A stretch of 64,000 nucleotides of DNA from positions 117,676,001 to 117,740,000 of the forward strand of contig OX597820.1 in assembly GCA_951406725.2 (NCBI GenBank). The letters are read 5' to 3'. Position 1 is the stretch's first letter, and each line of letters opens with the position of its first letter. Position numbers and translations under genes: made by a program. Below the pieces are notes generated by a model. The model worked only from the letters and a program-made list of their open reading frames with translations. It was not told the DNA's origin and did no database searches. Of this stretch, positions 1 to 12,386 are shown one piece after another. Origin of the DNA: Octopus vulgaris (Eukaryota).

Positions 1-129
1 GCATCCAATAATTCTATATTTGTTCCACGTCCTCGCGTTGTTGTGTTTTCTCTTTGTGCTTTCATGTTTGGATTAACTATATATATATACATATACATAT
101 ATATATATATATATGTGTGTGTGTGTATA

Positions 130-620
130 CAGGGTGGACCAAAATGATCTGACACATTTGGAGGCTTAATAAAAGCACAAAATAAGAAATAATGAAAAGA
201 AAAATTTTATTTTCTGAATTAAGTTTTAAAAATTAAATCAGCTAAATGCTTCCCAACATTGTCAACACACTGTTGGAGATGGTCATGAAAGTTGTCGATA
301 ACTCTATGGATCATTTCTTCTGGAATGGTTGTTATTTCTACACAAATTGCACGTTTTAATTCATGAATAGATCGATGGCGATGACTGAATACTTTTGATT
401 TTAAATATCCCCACAAGAAGAAATTACATTTCACCATTCCAGAAGAAACGATCCATAGAGTTATCGATAACTTTCAACAGTGTGTTGACAATGATGGGAG
501 GCATTTAGCTGATTTAATTTTTAAAACTTAATTCAGAAAATAAAATTTTTCTTTTCATTATTTCTTATTTTGTGCTTTTATTAAGCCTCCAAATGTGTCA
601 GATCATTTTGGTCCACCCTG
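130..620. mobile_element. Fold-back Tc1/mariner-derived non-autonomous element made of two 3' ends head-to-head
   Basis: Ends CAGGGTGGACCAAAATGATCTGACA...TGTCAGATCATTTTGGTCCACCCTG flanked by TA. Arms ~130-329 and ~433-620 are reverse complements. ORF 219-437(-) has the transposase C-terminal motif FFLWGYLKSKVF. Confidence 0.85.
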
Positions 621-667
<47 letters not shown>

Positions 668-823
668 TGAATTTGTGTAAATGTGTATAGAATAATATAT
701 CAGTTGAATAAAGTTACAACATGGTCTGGTTTATACATTTTTTATTGTATTTTTAAAAAACTTTTACCATGTTGAAGTGTGTTAAACATTAAAAAATATT
801 TTATAATGTTCGTAAAGTTCAAT

Positions 824-930
824 AAAAATATGGAATGTTTCATGAATTTGCATGCAATCCTTGCGCCGGGGCCATGCTAATCTTCTCCGTATCATTCCAA
901 TTTTAGAATATGTGCTGCCAAAGCTAGCAC
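824..930 (-). pseudogene. U6: U6 snRNA full-length copy (107 nt), probably a pseudogene
   Basis: Reverse complement reads GTGCTAGCTTTGGCAGCACATATTCTAAAATTGGAATGATACGGAGAAGATTAGCATGGCCCCGGCGCAAGGATTGCATGCAAATTCATGAAACATTCCATATTTTT. About 12 differences from human U6 as recalled, several CpG>TpG/CpA. ACAGAGA box mutated to ACGGAGA. No PSE/TATA promoter recognised upstream. Confidence 0.92.
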
Positions 931-1129
931 TTAATTCATGAAGTGTTGCATATTTTTATTGAACTTTATGAACATAACGAAATATTTTTTTAATGTTTAA
1001 CTCACTTCAACATTGCAAAAAGTTTTTCTTAAATACAATAAAAAACATGAAAACCAAACCATAGTTTGGGGATAAAAAAATGATAAAGTGATCTATCGAA
1101 CACTCTAAAGTAATCTTTCCAAAATGGTC

Positions 1130-1637
1130 TACCTCTAGCAGTCTATCTCAAGGAGTCTATCTTGAGTAAGCTACCTTGAGTAGTCTATTTCGGGTAGTCT
1201 ATCATGAGTTGTCTCTCTTAAACAGTCTCTCTCAAGCTGTCTATCTTAAATAGTCTATCTCAAGCTGTCTATCTCAAGTAGTCTATCTTGAGTGGTCTAT
1301 TTCAAGTAGTCTATCTTGAGTAATCTATATTCAGTAGTCTATTTCAAGTGGTCTATCTTGAGTGGTTTATCTTCAGTATTCTATTTCAAATAGTCTATCT
1401 TGAGTGGTCTGTCTTCAGTAGTCTATCTTGAGTGGATTATCTTCAGTAGTCTATCTCAAGTAGTCTATATCTTGAGTAGTCTATCTTCAGTACACTATCT
1501 CAAGTAGTCTATCTTGAGTGGTCTATCTTCAGTAGTCTATCTTGAGTGGTCTATCTTCAGTAGTCTATCTTGAGTGGTCTATCTTCAGTAGTCTATCTCA
1601 AGTAGTCTATCTTGAGTGGTCTATCTTCAGTAGTCTA
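1130..1637. repeat. Minisatellite, ~14-bp unit AGTAGTCTATCT(TG/CA/TC)
   Basis: Directly visible tandem units; explains the spurious ORF 1542-1850. Confidence 0.9.
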
Positions 1638-1722
1638 TCGCATGCTCATATCATGAAACCCATTCTTCTCTTTTACACAGTAAAATATTGCCAACGGAAA
1701 GTATTTAGAAATGGAATCAAAC

Positions 1723-1967
1723 CTGTCTTCATTTATTTTGACGATGTTGTCAGATGTCAACGGGTTCTGCTCCACAGCTCGTGCAAATTTCAACGTGCTC
1801 CTTCCGAGTTCTTTGGCCACTTCATGGAACTTGTTGTTATCAGCCTGTGAGGGACGATAGGAGAATTTCTCTGCCTTTGATTTCTGTTTTTGAGCCAGGG
1901 CCGCTTTGTATTTCTCTTCCATGTCTTGCTGTTGCTCGACAGCTTCTTTCAGCACATTGTCAATAAT
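1723..1967 (-). CDS. IQCG: IQCG/DRC9 (nexin-dynein regulatory complex subunit) internal coding exon
   Basis: Acceptor ttgtttgctcctag, donor ag|gtttga. Open frame IIDNVLKEAVEQQQDMEEKYK...NPLTSDNIVKINEDR; its end resembles vertebrate IQCG 'TETLKKIQIDRQFF' as recalled. Phase 0 start matches the end of the 23185 exon. Confidence 0.72.
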
Positions 1968-2219
1968 CTAGGAGCAAACAAGAAAGAACAGGGAACATAA
2001 TGAAGGAGAAAAGGAAGAGGCAGCAGAAGAAGGAAGTGGCGGCGACGGGTGGGGTGGGGGCGGCTATGGAGATGGGTAAGGGGAGGGGAGAGGGGAGAAA
2101 GAAAGAAAGGAAGAAAGAAAGAAGGAAAAGGAAAATATATCAAAAAAACTGACAAGTTTCAAAATCAGTTTTTAAAAAATAATTAGTTTAAAAAATATGT
2201 GATTCTGTAACAAATATCA

Positions 2220-2317
2220 CCATCATTATCATCATTATCCTCCTCCTCCTCCTCCTCCTCATCATCATCATCATCTACATTGTCAACATTATTATAACTG
2301 TCATAATATCAATATTG

Positions 2318-2407
<90 letters not shown>

Positions 2408-2421
2408 CATCATCATCATCC

Positions 2422-2461
<40 letters not shown>

Positions 2462-2493
2462 CATCATCATCATCATCATCATCATCCTCATCC

Positions 2494-2584
<91 letters not shown>

Positions 2585-2658
2585 CATCATCATCATCATC
2601 CTCATCATCATCATCATCATCATCATCCTCATCCTCATCATCATCATCATCATCATCC

Positions 2659-2725
<67 letters not shown>

Positions 2726-2755
2726 CATCATCCTCATCATCATCATCATCATCAT
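2220..2755. repeat. (CAT)n/(CCT) microsatellite, ~0.5 kb
   Basis: Long interrupted CAT tract; source of the poly-His/poly-Met ORFs. Confidence 0.97.
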
Positions 2756-3109
2756 TGTTCTCATTAATAAAGCAATAATCAGCATTTTCATTACCGCCAT
2801 TATTCTTATCCTTTTCATGACAAATTATTTAAAATCCGATTCATCATTATCGTTATTACCATTATTGCTATTAACATTGACATTATCATATTTATGATCA
2901 TCAGTGGATTGTGTCCTTCAGCAAGACACTCTATTTCACATTGCTCCAGTCCACTCAGCTGTCAAAGGTAAGTTGTACCTGTAATACAAAGGGTACATAT
3001 GTCTATGGAGTATTCAACCACTTACATGCTAATTTCACAAGCAGGCAGTTCTGTTGATCAGATCAACAGGAAGCTTCGTCGTCATAACTGATGGAGTTTC
3101 CAGCCACAC

Positions 3110-4075
3110 ATTATAAAAAGCACCAACTGATCGTAGCTGATGCCAGTGACCCCTGACTGGCTCTTGTGCTGGTGGCACGTAAAAAGCACTGTCCAAGCGT
3201 GGTCAATGCCAGGCCCACCTGACTGGCTCTTGTGCCAGTGACACATAAAAAGCACCAACTGATTAGTAGTCGATACCAGACCCACCTGACTGGCTCTTGT
3301 GCTGGTGGCACATAAAAAACACCAACTGATTAGTAGTCGATACCAGACCCACCTGACTGGCTCTTGTGCTGGTGGCACATAAAAAACACCAACTGATTAG
3401 TAGTCGATACCAGACCCACCTGACTGGCTCTTGTGCTGGTGGCACATAAAAAACACCAACTGATTAGTAGTCGATACCAGACCCACCTGACTGGCTCGTG
3501 TCAGTGGCATGTAAAAAGCACCGTCCGAATGTGGTCGATGCCAGATCTGCCTGACTGGCTCCTGTGCCGGTGGTGTGTAAAAAGCCCCACCCAAACATGG
3601 CCAATGCCAGTGCCTGGCACTTGTGTTGGTGGCACGTAAAAAGCACCATCCGAATGTGGTCGATGCCAGGTCTATCTGACTGGCTCTTGTGCTAGTGGCA
3701 CATAAAAAGCACCAACTGATCGTGGCCAATGCCAGTGACCCCCTGACTGGCTCTTGTGCCGGTGGCATGTAAAAAGCACTGTCCGAACATGATCGATGCC
3801 AGTGCCCCCCTGACTGGCTCTTGTGCCGGTGGCATGTAAAAAGCACTGTCCAAGCATGGTCAATGCCAGTGCCCCCTGACTGGCTCTTGTGCCGGTGGCA
3901 CGAAAAAGCACCCACTACTTTCAGAGTGGTTAGTGTTAGGAAGGGCATCCAGCTGTAGAAACTCTGCCAGATCAGATTGGAGGCTGGTGCAGCCATTGGC
4001 TCTCCTGACATCAGTCGAACAGTCCAACCCAAGCAAGCATGGAATACGGACATTAAACGATGCTGATGATGATGT
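3110..4075 (+). mobile_element. SINE/RTE-tail repeat with an internal ~60-bp tandem array
   Basis: About a dozen units of TGACTGGCTCTTGTGCYGGTGGCACRTAAAAAGCACC..., then the common tail GTTAGGAAGGGCATCCAGCTGTAGAAAC...CCAACCCA..GCATGGAA..GGACRTTAAACGATGATG. The tail recurs at ~4600, 9290, 15940, 27010, 33500 and 45480. Confidence 0.75.
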
Positions 4076-4291
4076 AGTCTCAGAGAGATTATATCTAAAG
4101 AAGAAAAAGAGCAGTAGAAAACTCAAACCACTAATTATGGATAAATTCTCGAAAGGATTGAAAATTAAAAATGCGTTCTAATGTACACAATATTTTTATG
4201 TGAATAATATAGAGTCTATTGATTTTTTTTTTTGTGCTAGGCCACTGGTAATAATAATTTCTATAATTCTTATTACCTTAATATTTTTTAT

Positions 4292-4332
<41 letters not shown>

Positions 4333-5286
4333 GTGTGTGTGTATGTTTGTGTGTCTGTGTTTGTCCCGCAACATCGCTTGGCAACCGATGGTGGTGTGTT
4401 TATGTCCCCATCACTCAGCAGTTTGGCAAGAGAGACCAATGGAATAAGTGCTAGGCTTACAAAGAATAAGTCCTGGGGTTGATTTGCTTGACTAAAGGCA
4501 GTGCTCCAGCACAGCCGCAGTCAAATGACTGAAACCAGTAAAAGAGTAAAAGAGTAAAGAGAGTATTTGATGGCATTTAAATGTTTTCCAAAAACATCAT
4601 CATCATCATCATCATCGTTTAACGTCCGTTTTCCATGCTAGCATGGGTTGGATGGTTTGACTGGGGTCTGGGAAGCCAGGAAGCTGCACCAGGCTCCAGT
4701 CTGTTCTGGCAGTGTTTCTACAGCTGGATGCCCTTCCTAACGCCAACCACTCCATGAGTGTAGTGGGTGCTTTTTACATGCCACTGACACAGGAGCCAGA
4801 GAAGGCTGTCAACAACCACGATCGGTTGGTGCTTTTTATCAAAAAATCCCCCCAGGCCCAATATGCACTTGACTGCTTTAGACATTCCATGCCTTAACTC
4901 TCTCGTGTTCAGATTTCTCTGTCAAATGTGTACTGGCACTCTATTGGTTACGATGATGAGGATGCCAGTTGATCCAATCAACGGAACAGCTTGCTTGTGA
5001 GATTAACATGCAAGTGGTTGAGTACTCCACAGACACACGTATCCCTTCACATACTTCTCAGGGAGATTCAGTGTGACACAGAGCGTGACAGGGCTGGCCC
5101 CCTTTGAATTACTGGTACAACTCATTTTTGCCAGCTGAGTGGACTGGAGCAACGTAAAATAAAATGTCTTGTTCAAGGACACAATGTGCCGCCACCGAGA
5201 ATAGAACTTGCAACCCTACGATCACAAGCCTAACACCCTAACCACTAAGCCACGTGCCTTCACATCTGTGAAATGTCATGTTTGGT

Positions 5287-5694
5287 TACTCTTTTTACTC
5301 TTTTACTTGCTTCAGTCATTTGACTGCGGTCATGCTGGAGCACCGCCTTTAATCGAGCAACTTGACCCCACCGGGACTTATTCTTTGGAAGCCTAGTAGT
5401 TATTCTATCAGTCTCTTTTGCCGAACCGCGAAGTAACGGGGACATAAACACACCAGCATTGGTTGTCAAGCAATGCTGGGGGGACAAACACAGACACACA
5501 AACACACTCGCACATATATATGCATATATACGACGGGCTTCTTTCAGTTTCCGTCTACCAAATCCACTCACAAGGCTTTGGTCAGCCCGAGGCTATAGTA
5601 GAAGACACTTGCCCAAGGTGTCACGCAGTGGGACTGAACCCAGAACCATGTGGTTGGTAAACAAGCTACTTACCACACAGCCACTCCTGCGCCT
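5287..5694 (-). mobile_element. tRNA-headed SINE with CORE-like central motif (abundant family)
   Basis: Head GGAGTGGCTGTGTGGTAAG (A box)...GGTTCAGTCCC (B box), then ACCTTGGGCAAGTGTCTT and an AAAAGAGT tail. Other copies at ~10040-10498(+), 12665-13056(-), 19093-19505(+), 22215-22618(-), 24700-25052(-), 37670-38047(+), 39855-40410(+), 43908-44248(-), 55802-56176(+). Confidence 0.85.
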
Positions 5695-5893
5695 GTTATT
5701 CACATTGTTTTGAATTAATCATGGATTATCTCATAGCTTCAAGATTTCAATGATGTAACTGTTTATTTTTGGAATGACAATGTAGGGTAGGTGTGAGAGG
5801 CTGGATCTAGCCAGTTTAACCATAAAGCAAGTAGAATATTTGAGCTGGATATGGTTAGATTAAATATTAAAAGGTGAATGTACTAAGAACATT

Positions 5894-5961
<68 letters not shown>

Positions 5962-6699
5962 TCACTCTTAATACGTGTTGCTGAAATTCAAGTCTGTTTA
6001 AAATGCCGGCGTGTCTTTTAGGCCATCAAATATGGTAAAGCAGACAAAGAAAATAATAATTATAATGTTAACGAACTATTTATAGACATTTTAAAACATA
6101 GATTACAAAAACAAGAACAAAAGCCACAAAAAATAAACAAAACAACACATTTATAATAAAAAACCAAATTCTTCAGTTTTCAAATTCAAAATCAACATCG
6201 TATCAACATTTTGAAAACTTCTAGCCAGAAATTCTAAAACTTCAATTAAACTATTTCATTCACTCAATACATTAAATGAAAATATTTTCTTTACTTTATT
6301 TTAGAAATGGAAAATAAGAAGAAAAACTGCCAAACAAACATTCACAAATGGTTAGCCCTGATGGAATTATTTAGAATTATTTGAGGTTTTTCAATTTCTA
6401 TGTCCAAGGTTTGTTATTTCACTATTGAAGAAAAGATCTAAATGAAAGTTTGATGTAATGAACCATTCATAGATTTGGTGCTGCTGGTATGAATTTATAA
6501 ATGGTGCAGCAATTTACTTTTCATCATATTTCTTTCATTCGCTATCTTGGAATCTCGAAATTCTTGCATTGGAATTAATTATATGACATTATAAACATTA
6601 TTGATTGAGGAAGAGGAGGAGGGAGGGAGGGAGGGAGGGAGGGAGCATTTTCGAAGAGGAGGATGTATTTTGTTTCATAGGAGAAACTTACCACCAACA

Positions 6700-7291
6700 C
6701 AACAACAGCAACAATGACAACGGTGGTGGTGGTGAGGAGGAGGAGGAGGACGATGATGATGACGATGATGATGAGGAGGAGGAGGAGGATGGTGAGGAGG
6801 AGGAGGAGGATGGTGAGGAGGAGGAGGAGGAGGATGGTGATGAGGAGGAGGAGGAGGAGGAGAGGAGGAGGATGGTGATGGTGATGAGGAGGAGGAGGAG
6901 GAGAAGGAGGAGGATGGTGATGATGAGGAGGAAGAGGAGGGAAATAAATAAAATTATAAACCATTGAAAAAACAGTTTCCTTTTAAATTCTGTTCTGATT
7001 AACAGCGGAAATGTTGCTCTTTTGTTATTTATTATTATTATTATCATTATTATTATTATTATTTCATTATTATTATTATCATCATTATTTCATTATTATT
7101 ATTATTATTATTATCATTATTTCATTATTATTATTATTATTGTTGTTGTTGTTATTGTTATTATTATCGTTATTATTTCATTATTATCGTTATTTTACTA
7201 TCATCATTATTATTATTATTACTATCATCATCATCATCATTATTTTATTATCATCATTATTTCATTATTATTATTATTATCATTATTATTA

Positions 7292-7333
<42 letters not shown>
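6700..7333. repeat. GAG/GAT low-complexity tract followed by a (TTA/TCA)n microsatellite
   Basis: Trinucleotide tracts visible directly. Confidence 0.9.
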
Positions 7334-7494
7334 GTACATTTAATGTAGTTATGTGTACATTCATGTCATACACCGTGATACCTAGGTTTAATTTATTTTT
7401 AGAATTGTTTTTTCTGTTGTATTTCTTCTTCTGCTTCTTATTTTTTAAACTGGTTTTTGACTGTGATTTAACATTCCGTTATGAGAAGGACCGA

Positions 7495-7800
7495 GAGAGC
7501 AACAGTGAGAGAAATGTGTGGGGTGTGAAGGTGTTCGATAAGAGGAGGACTGAGGACTTGATGGGGATGCTGGAGTTGGAGGAATTGATGGAATGGTCAG
7601 CAAGGGCGAATGGAGTGAGGTGGTATGGGTATGTGTTGAGAAGGGATGAAGGGCATGTTCTGGGGTAAATGGAGCATGAAGGCAAGGTAGACCGAAGAAA
7701 AGGTGGAGGGGCCAGGTGGAGGGGGAGATTGGGAGGGTTGGTTTCAAAAAGGAGGACCCCCAAAACCGGGCAAGATGGTGAGATTGTGTGAAGGAGGTTG
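7495..7800 (+). mobile_element. RTE-clade LINE 3' fragment
   Basis: Translates ...GVKVFDKRRTEDLMGMLEL...RWYGYVLRRDEGHVL...GRPKKRW, the typical RTE RT C-terminus. Confidence 0.7.
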
Positions 7801-7987
7801 CTATAAATTCAAAGGTTATTCTTTAAAAATGCTGGTTAGATTCATCATCATCAAGGTTTATACCTGTTTAAAATTTTATCTGAAGATGGTGGATTATATG
7901 CTATAATGCAATCCAAGAATACATTAGTAAAATTTTACTGAAACAGCTGTCATAAATTTAAAAACCCATTTGTGATCTTGTATGAGT

Positions 7988-8033
<46 letters not shown>

Positions 8034-8231
8034 TATGAGAGGTAATGGTGTCAGTAAGACCCAAAGGGGTCAGGTAATGCTGAGTAAGCGCTATGGATAG
8101 ACCATAGTTAAGCTCCAGGTTCAATGATTATACGAATGAGGAGTCAGCATGTGTATATATTAAAAAAATTTTTTCAGAGTGAGATAAAAAAACTAAGGCT
8201 GTGAAGATTTTAGAACATTTATAAATAGAAG

Positions 8232-8279
8232 GTCTTACAGCTGTTTCCAGGATATTTATTATATCCCTTCATCGGAGAC
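8232..8279 (-). ncRNA. Minimal type I hammerhead-ribozyme-like motif (Penelope-associated)
   Basis: GTCT CCGATGA AGGGATAT-AATAA-ATATCCTG GAAA CAGCTG TA AGAC: stems I and II, palindromic stem III, U4C core variant. Confidence 0.6.
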
Positions 8280-8969
8280 GGTGTGAGAAAATGGTTAAGC
8301 AATAGTGAATTTAGATAAGATATAAAATATAGAGTGAAGTGGAGGAATGAAAACAGATGTGAGATATGCAGGGATATTGCAGTTGTAGATCCATTATTTA
8401 GGCAGAATGGTGTACATATAAGATTCCAATACCTTGTGAGTAAATTCTAATAGTATTTAAAATTGGTCATTCCAAGTATAGAGTTTTTACACAGTGCTAT
8501 TGAATCAAGGGTTTTATTTAAAGTGACCTAAAAGTAGGGAATGTATTTGTAAGATCAAATCGAAAACAGGAAGAGAGGAATAAAGAAAAGAGAAAAAAAG
8601 AGAAGAAAAAAGAAAAAAAAAGGAAGAAAGGAATAAAGTAAAGAAAGAATAAAAAGGAAAAAAGAAAAACAAGGAGAGATGATAAAGAAATGAAGACAGA
8701 GAAAGTGTACCAGTCAAGATAACTTGAAAGCAGGAATGGGGAGATGAGGGTGATAGAGAGAGAAATATATTAGAGTGTAAAAAGATGATAGGGTAAAGAG
8801 TAAAGGAGTGTCAGTTATGTAGTGATAGAGTCTAAGTGTTGGGGCAGAGAGAGGGGTAGTAATATGGTGGAATGAAGAATTTAGGAATATAGATTAGGTA
8901 GTTGGACAGGTCAGTGCTTAGTAGTAGAAGAAAATATGTGAAGATGTATACAGATGCATTATATTAGAC

Positions 8970-9012
<43 letters not shown>

Positions 9013-9968
9013 CATATCAATATCTACATATACAACTCATACTCATATGTATATGTATGTATATGGTCCAACCCATGCCAGTATGGAAAGCAGACATTAA
9101 ATGATGAGGAGGATGATGATGATGATGATATATAATTAAATACACAACTGAAAAAGCTACTAATAGTTTCATGCCATAATGATACTTGAGCAGGCATATT
9201 TATAAAATATGACATGAACCTTAAAGCAATCTTTCAGACTCTGCTTATTTGTGTTCTAATATATGTATGTATGTATGTATATCATCATCATCACCATCGT
9301 CGTTTAATGTCTGCTTTCCATGCTGGCATGGGTTGGACGGTTTGACTGAGGACTGGAGAGCCAGATGGCTGCACCAAGCTCCAATCTGATTTGGCAAAGT
9401 TTCTACAGCTGGATGCCCTTCTTAATGCCAACCACTCTGAGAGTGTAGTGAGCGCTTTAATGTGCCACTGGCACATGGCCCAGTCAGGTGGTTCTGGCAA
9501 CGACCACACTCAAAAGGTGTTTTTTGGGTGCTACCTGCATGGGAGACAGTCCGGCAGTACTGGTAACGACCATGCTTGAATGTTGTTTTTCACATGTCAG
9601 TAAGGCAACACTGGTGCCTTTTACATGCCGCCGACACAGGAGCCAATCCGTGGTCCTGGCAACGATCATGCTCAGATGTGCTTTTAACGTTCCACTGGCA
9701 CGAGTGCCAATCAGCCGGTACTGTCATCGGCCACATCAGTGATTTCGATTTGATTTGATTTGATTTCGCTTGCCTCAATAGGTCTTCGCAAGCAAAATTT
9801 ATTGTCCATTGAATGAGGGATACCCATAAGTGGGCTGGTTACACCCACTGGCATAGGCCATGGGCTATGGTCTCACTTGGCTTGTCGAGTCTTCTCAAGG
9901 ACAGCATATCTCCAATGGCCTCGATCACTAGTCATTGCTTCAGTAAGGCCCAAAAAGCATCCAGCAGA

Positions 9969-10042
<74 letters not shown>

Positions 10043-10213
10043 GAGTGGCTGTGTGGTAAGTAGCTTGCTAACCAAACACATGGTTCCGGGTTCAATCCCA
10101 CAGCATGGCACCTTGGGCAAGTGTCTTCTGCTATAGCCCCGGGCCGACCAATGCCTTGTGAGTGGATTTGGTAGACAGAAAGCCCGTCGTATATATGTAT
10201 CATCATCCATCGC

Positions 10214-10275
<62 letters not shown>

Positions 10276-11188
10276 CATGTGTGTTCGTGTGTCTGTGTTT
10301 GTCCCCCTAGCATTGCTTGACAACCAATGCTGGTGTGTTTACATCTCCGTAAATTAGCGGTTCGGCAAACGAGACCGATAGAATAAGTACTGGGTTTACA
10401 AAGAATAAGTCCCGGGGTCGATTTGCTCGACTAAAGGCGGTGCTCCAGCATGGCCACAGTCATGACTGAAACAAGTAAAAGAGTAAAGAGTAAAGAGTAT
10501 ATATATCAAATTAAATACACAACAACAGAAAGAGCCGTTAATAGTCTCATGTTATTATGATACTTGAACAGGCATAGTTATAAAATACGCCACGTATCTT
10601 AAAGCAATCTTTCAGACTATTTATATGCTATATATCATCATCATCATCATTTAATGTCCATTGTCCATGCCGGCATGGGTTGGACGGTTTGGCCAGAGCT
10701 GACAATATGGAGAATTGCACCAGACTCCAGTCTGATTTGGTATCGTTTTCTACCGCTGGATGCCCTTTTGCAAAACAAAAATGACCATCCCAAAATACAA
10801 CAATATATATAATAGGCTGGGATTTCGTTATTTTCTTTCTCTTTACCATATACGGGTTACAAATTCTGTTTGTTTGTGGAGACTTTTTTATTAGTAGGAG
10901 AAATAGTGATCTATTTGGCTGCTATTTCTAATATTTTCGGTATGTGGTTTTAACCCTTTATTATAATTAATATGATTCTTACCAAATTTGGTCTTTTCCA
11001 TACCGAAAAATCTACTAGGTGAAATTTATTGATTTTATTAAATTAATTATATTTCACCCTTTTTGTATATATATATATATGGATATATTTTGATTATAAT
11101 CAGCCCATATTTATATGGATAATACCATACCAAATTCTGTTGCTTATTAAGTTGATTCATCTGAATCTAAATTTTTACTGAATAGATT

Positions 11189-11219
<31 letters not shown>

Positions 11220-11327
11220 GAAAAACAAGTCAAAAATAGAAAATGCTAAAATAATTTTATAGTGAACATTTTAGCATTTTTCATTTTGACTTGTTTTTTC
11301 ATATATATCAACTCGTGTTTACTTTTG

Positions 11328-11380
<53 letters not shown>

Positions 11381-12004
11381 AGAGAGCATATTATATTAAA
11401 TCTCTGAGCAAAATATAAATAGTAGCAGTACGGAACCATAACATATATTTCCCAACTAAGTGTGGTGTCCTATACAGGACAGTGCCTCTGATGTTTATAG
11501 CCCCAGGAAGATATCTCTTCCAGCTGGCTAATGACACACATTCTGTGTTCAATTAGAATTTGTGAGGGGAGGTCATTGCTCCCATCTCTAGCCTTACGTG
11601 ATACACGTCCTCACCATCTGTTAATCACCAGCTAGTAATAAAAGCTCATTCCACTTGCAAATTACTATATATTTTTCTAGCAACTCACTGTCACTGATCT
11701 CGTAGAAGAGAGAGAATATTATATTAAATCTCTGAGCAAGATATAAATAGTAGCTGTATGGAACCATAACATATATTTGCCAACTATGTACACCCCTAAA
11801 AAATTTCAGTAAAATTGCCATTACTCTGACAATATCAAAGGAAATCAAACGAAATTTATACTGAATAAAATATATTATACATGCAAACATTATACAAAGT
11901 TGGAACACAAAACAATAAATATTTTCAAAGATATGAACAAAATATTAATTTTCAAACGATACAAAAATATGCACACTCTAAAAGATTATTTGCTATATTC
12001 AATA

Positions 12005-12386
12005 CTAGCAGTATCGCCCGGCGTTGCTCAGGTTTGTAGGGGAAATAACTATAAAGCATTTTTAGAGAGTTATAGCCAAAAAATAGCAAAAAAATGGAAA
12101 AAAAATGATGGTAAATTTTTTTTGAGTTAAAAAAGGTGGAGTTGCGTCCCCTAGACGGTCTGTGGTTTGGGTTTCTGATTCTCGACCCCATGTCGAATTT
12201 ATCGATTTTTTCAGAACGGGGGGAACTTTTCAAAATTTTCACTGCGTTAGTTTTGAATTATGATATTGGGCTATGTGTGTGTCAAGTTTCATCAGAATCG
12301 GTTGAAAGCCGTGGTCAGGGTGAGGGTACAAGAAAACAGACACACAGAAACACGCACAGACAAACTGCCGTTTATATAGAGAGAGA
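12005..12386 (-). mobile_element. Non-autonomous Helitron
   Basis: 5'-TC...CTAG-3' between A and T, with subterminal hairpin CCTGAGCAACGCCGGG. Near-identical to 14274-14659. Confidence 0.8.

Noticed and set aside
824-930. Functional U6 gene
   Set aside because: ACAGAGA box mutated, CpG decay, and upstream promoter replaced by the inverted arm.
1130-1637. Coding repeat (SSVVYLEWSIF)n
   Set aside because: A ~14-bp minisatellite whose unit is not a multiple of three, lying in an IQCG intron.
2309-2818. Poly-His and poly-Met ORFs
   Set aside because: Pure (CAT)n microsatellite with no splice or codon support.
3110-3900. CRISPR-like repeat/spacer array
   Set aside because: The 'spacers' are related to each other, the unit belongs to a dispersed SINE-like family, the context is eukaryotic and there are no cas genes.
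6575-7348. Acidic, Pro-rich and hydrophobic ORFs
   Set aside because: Translations of GAG/GAT/TTA microsatellites.
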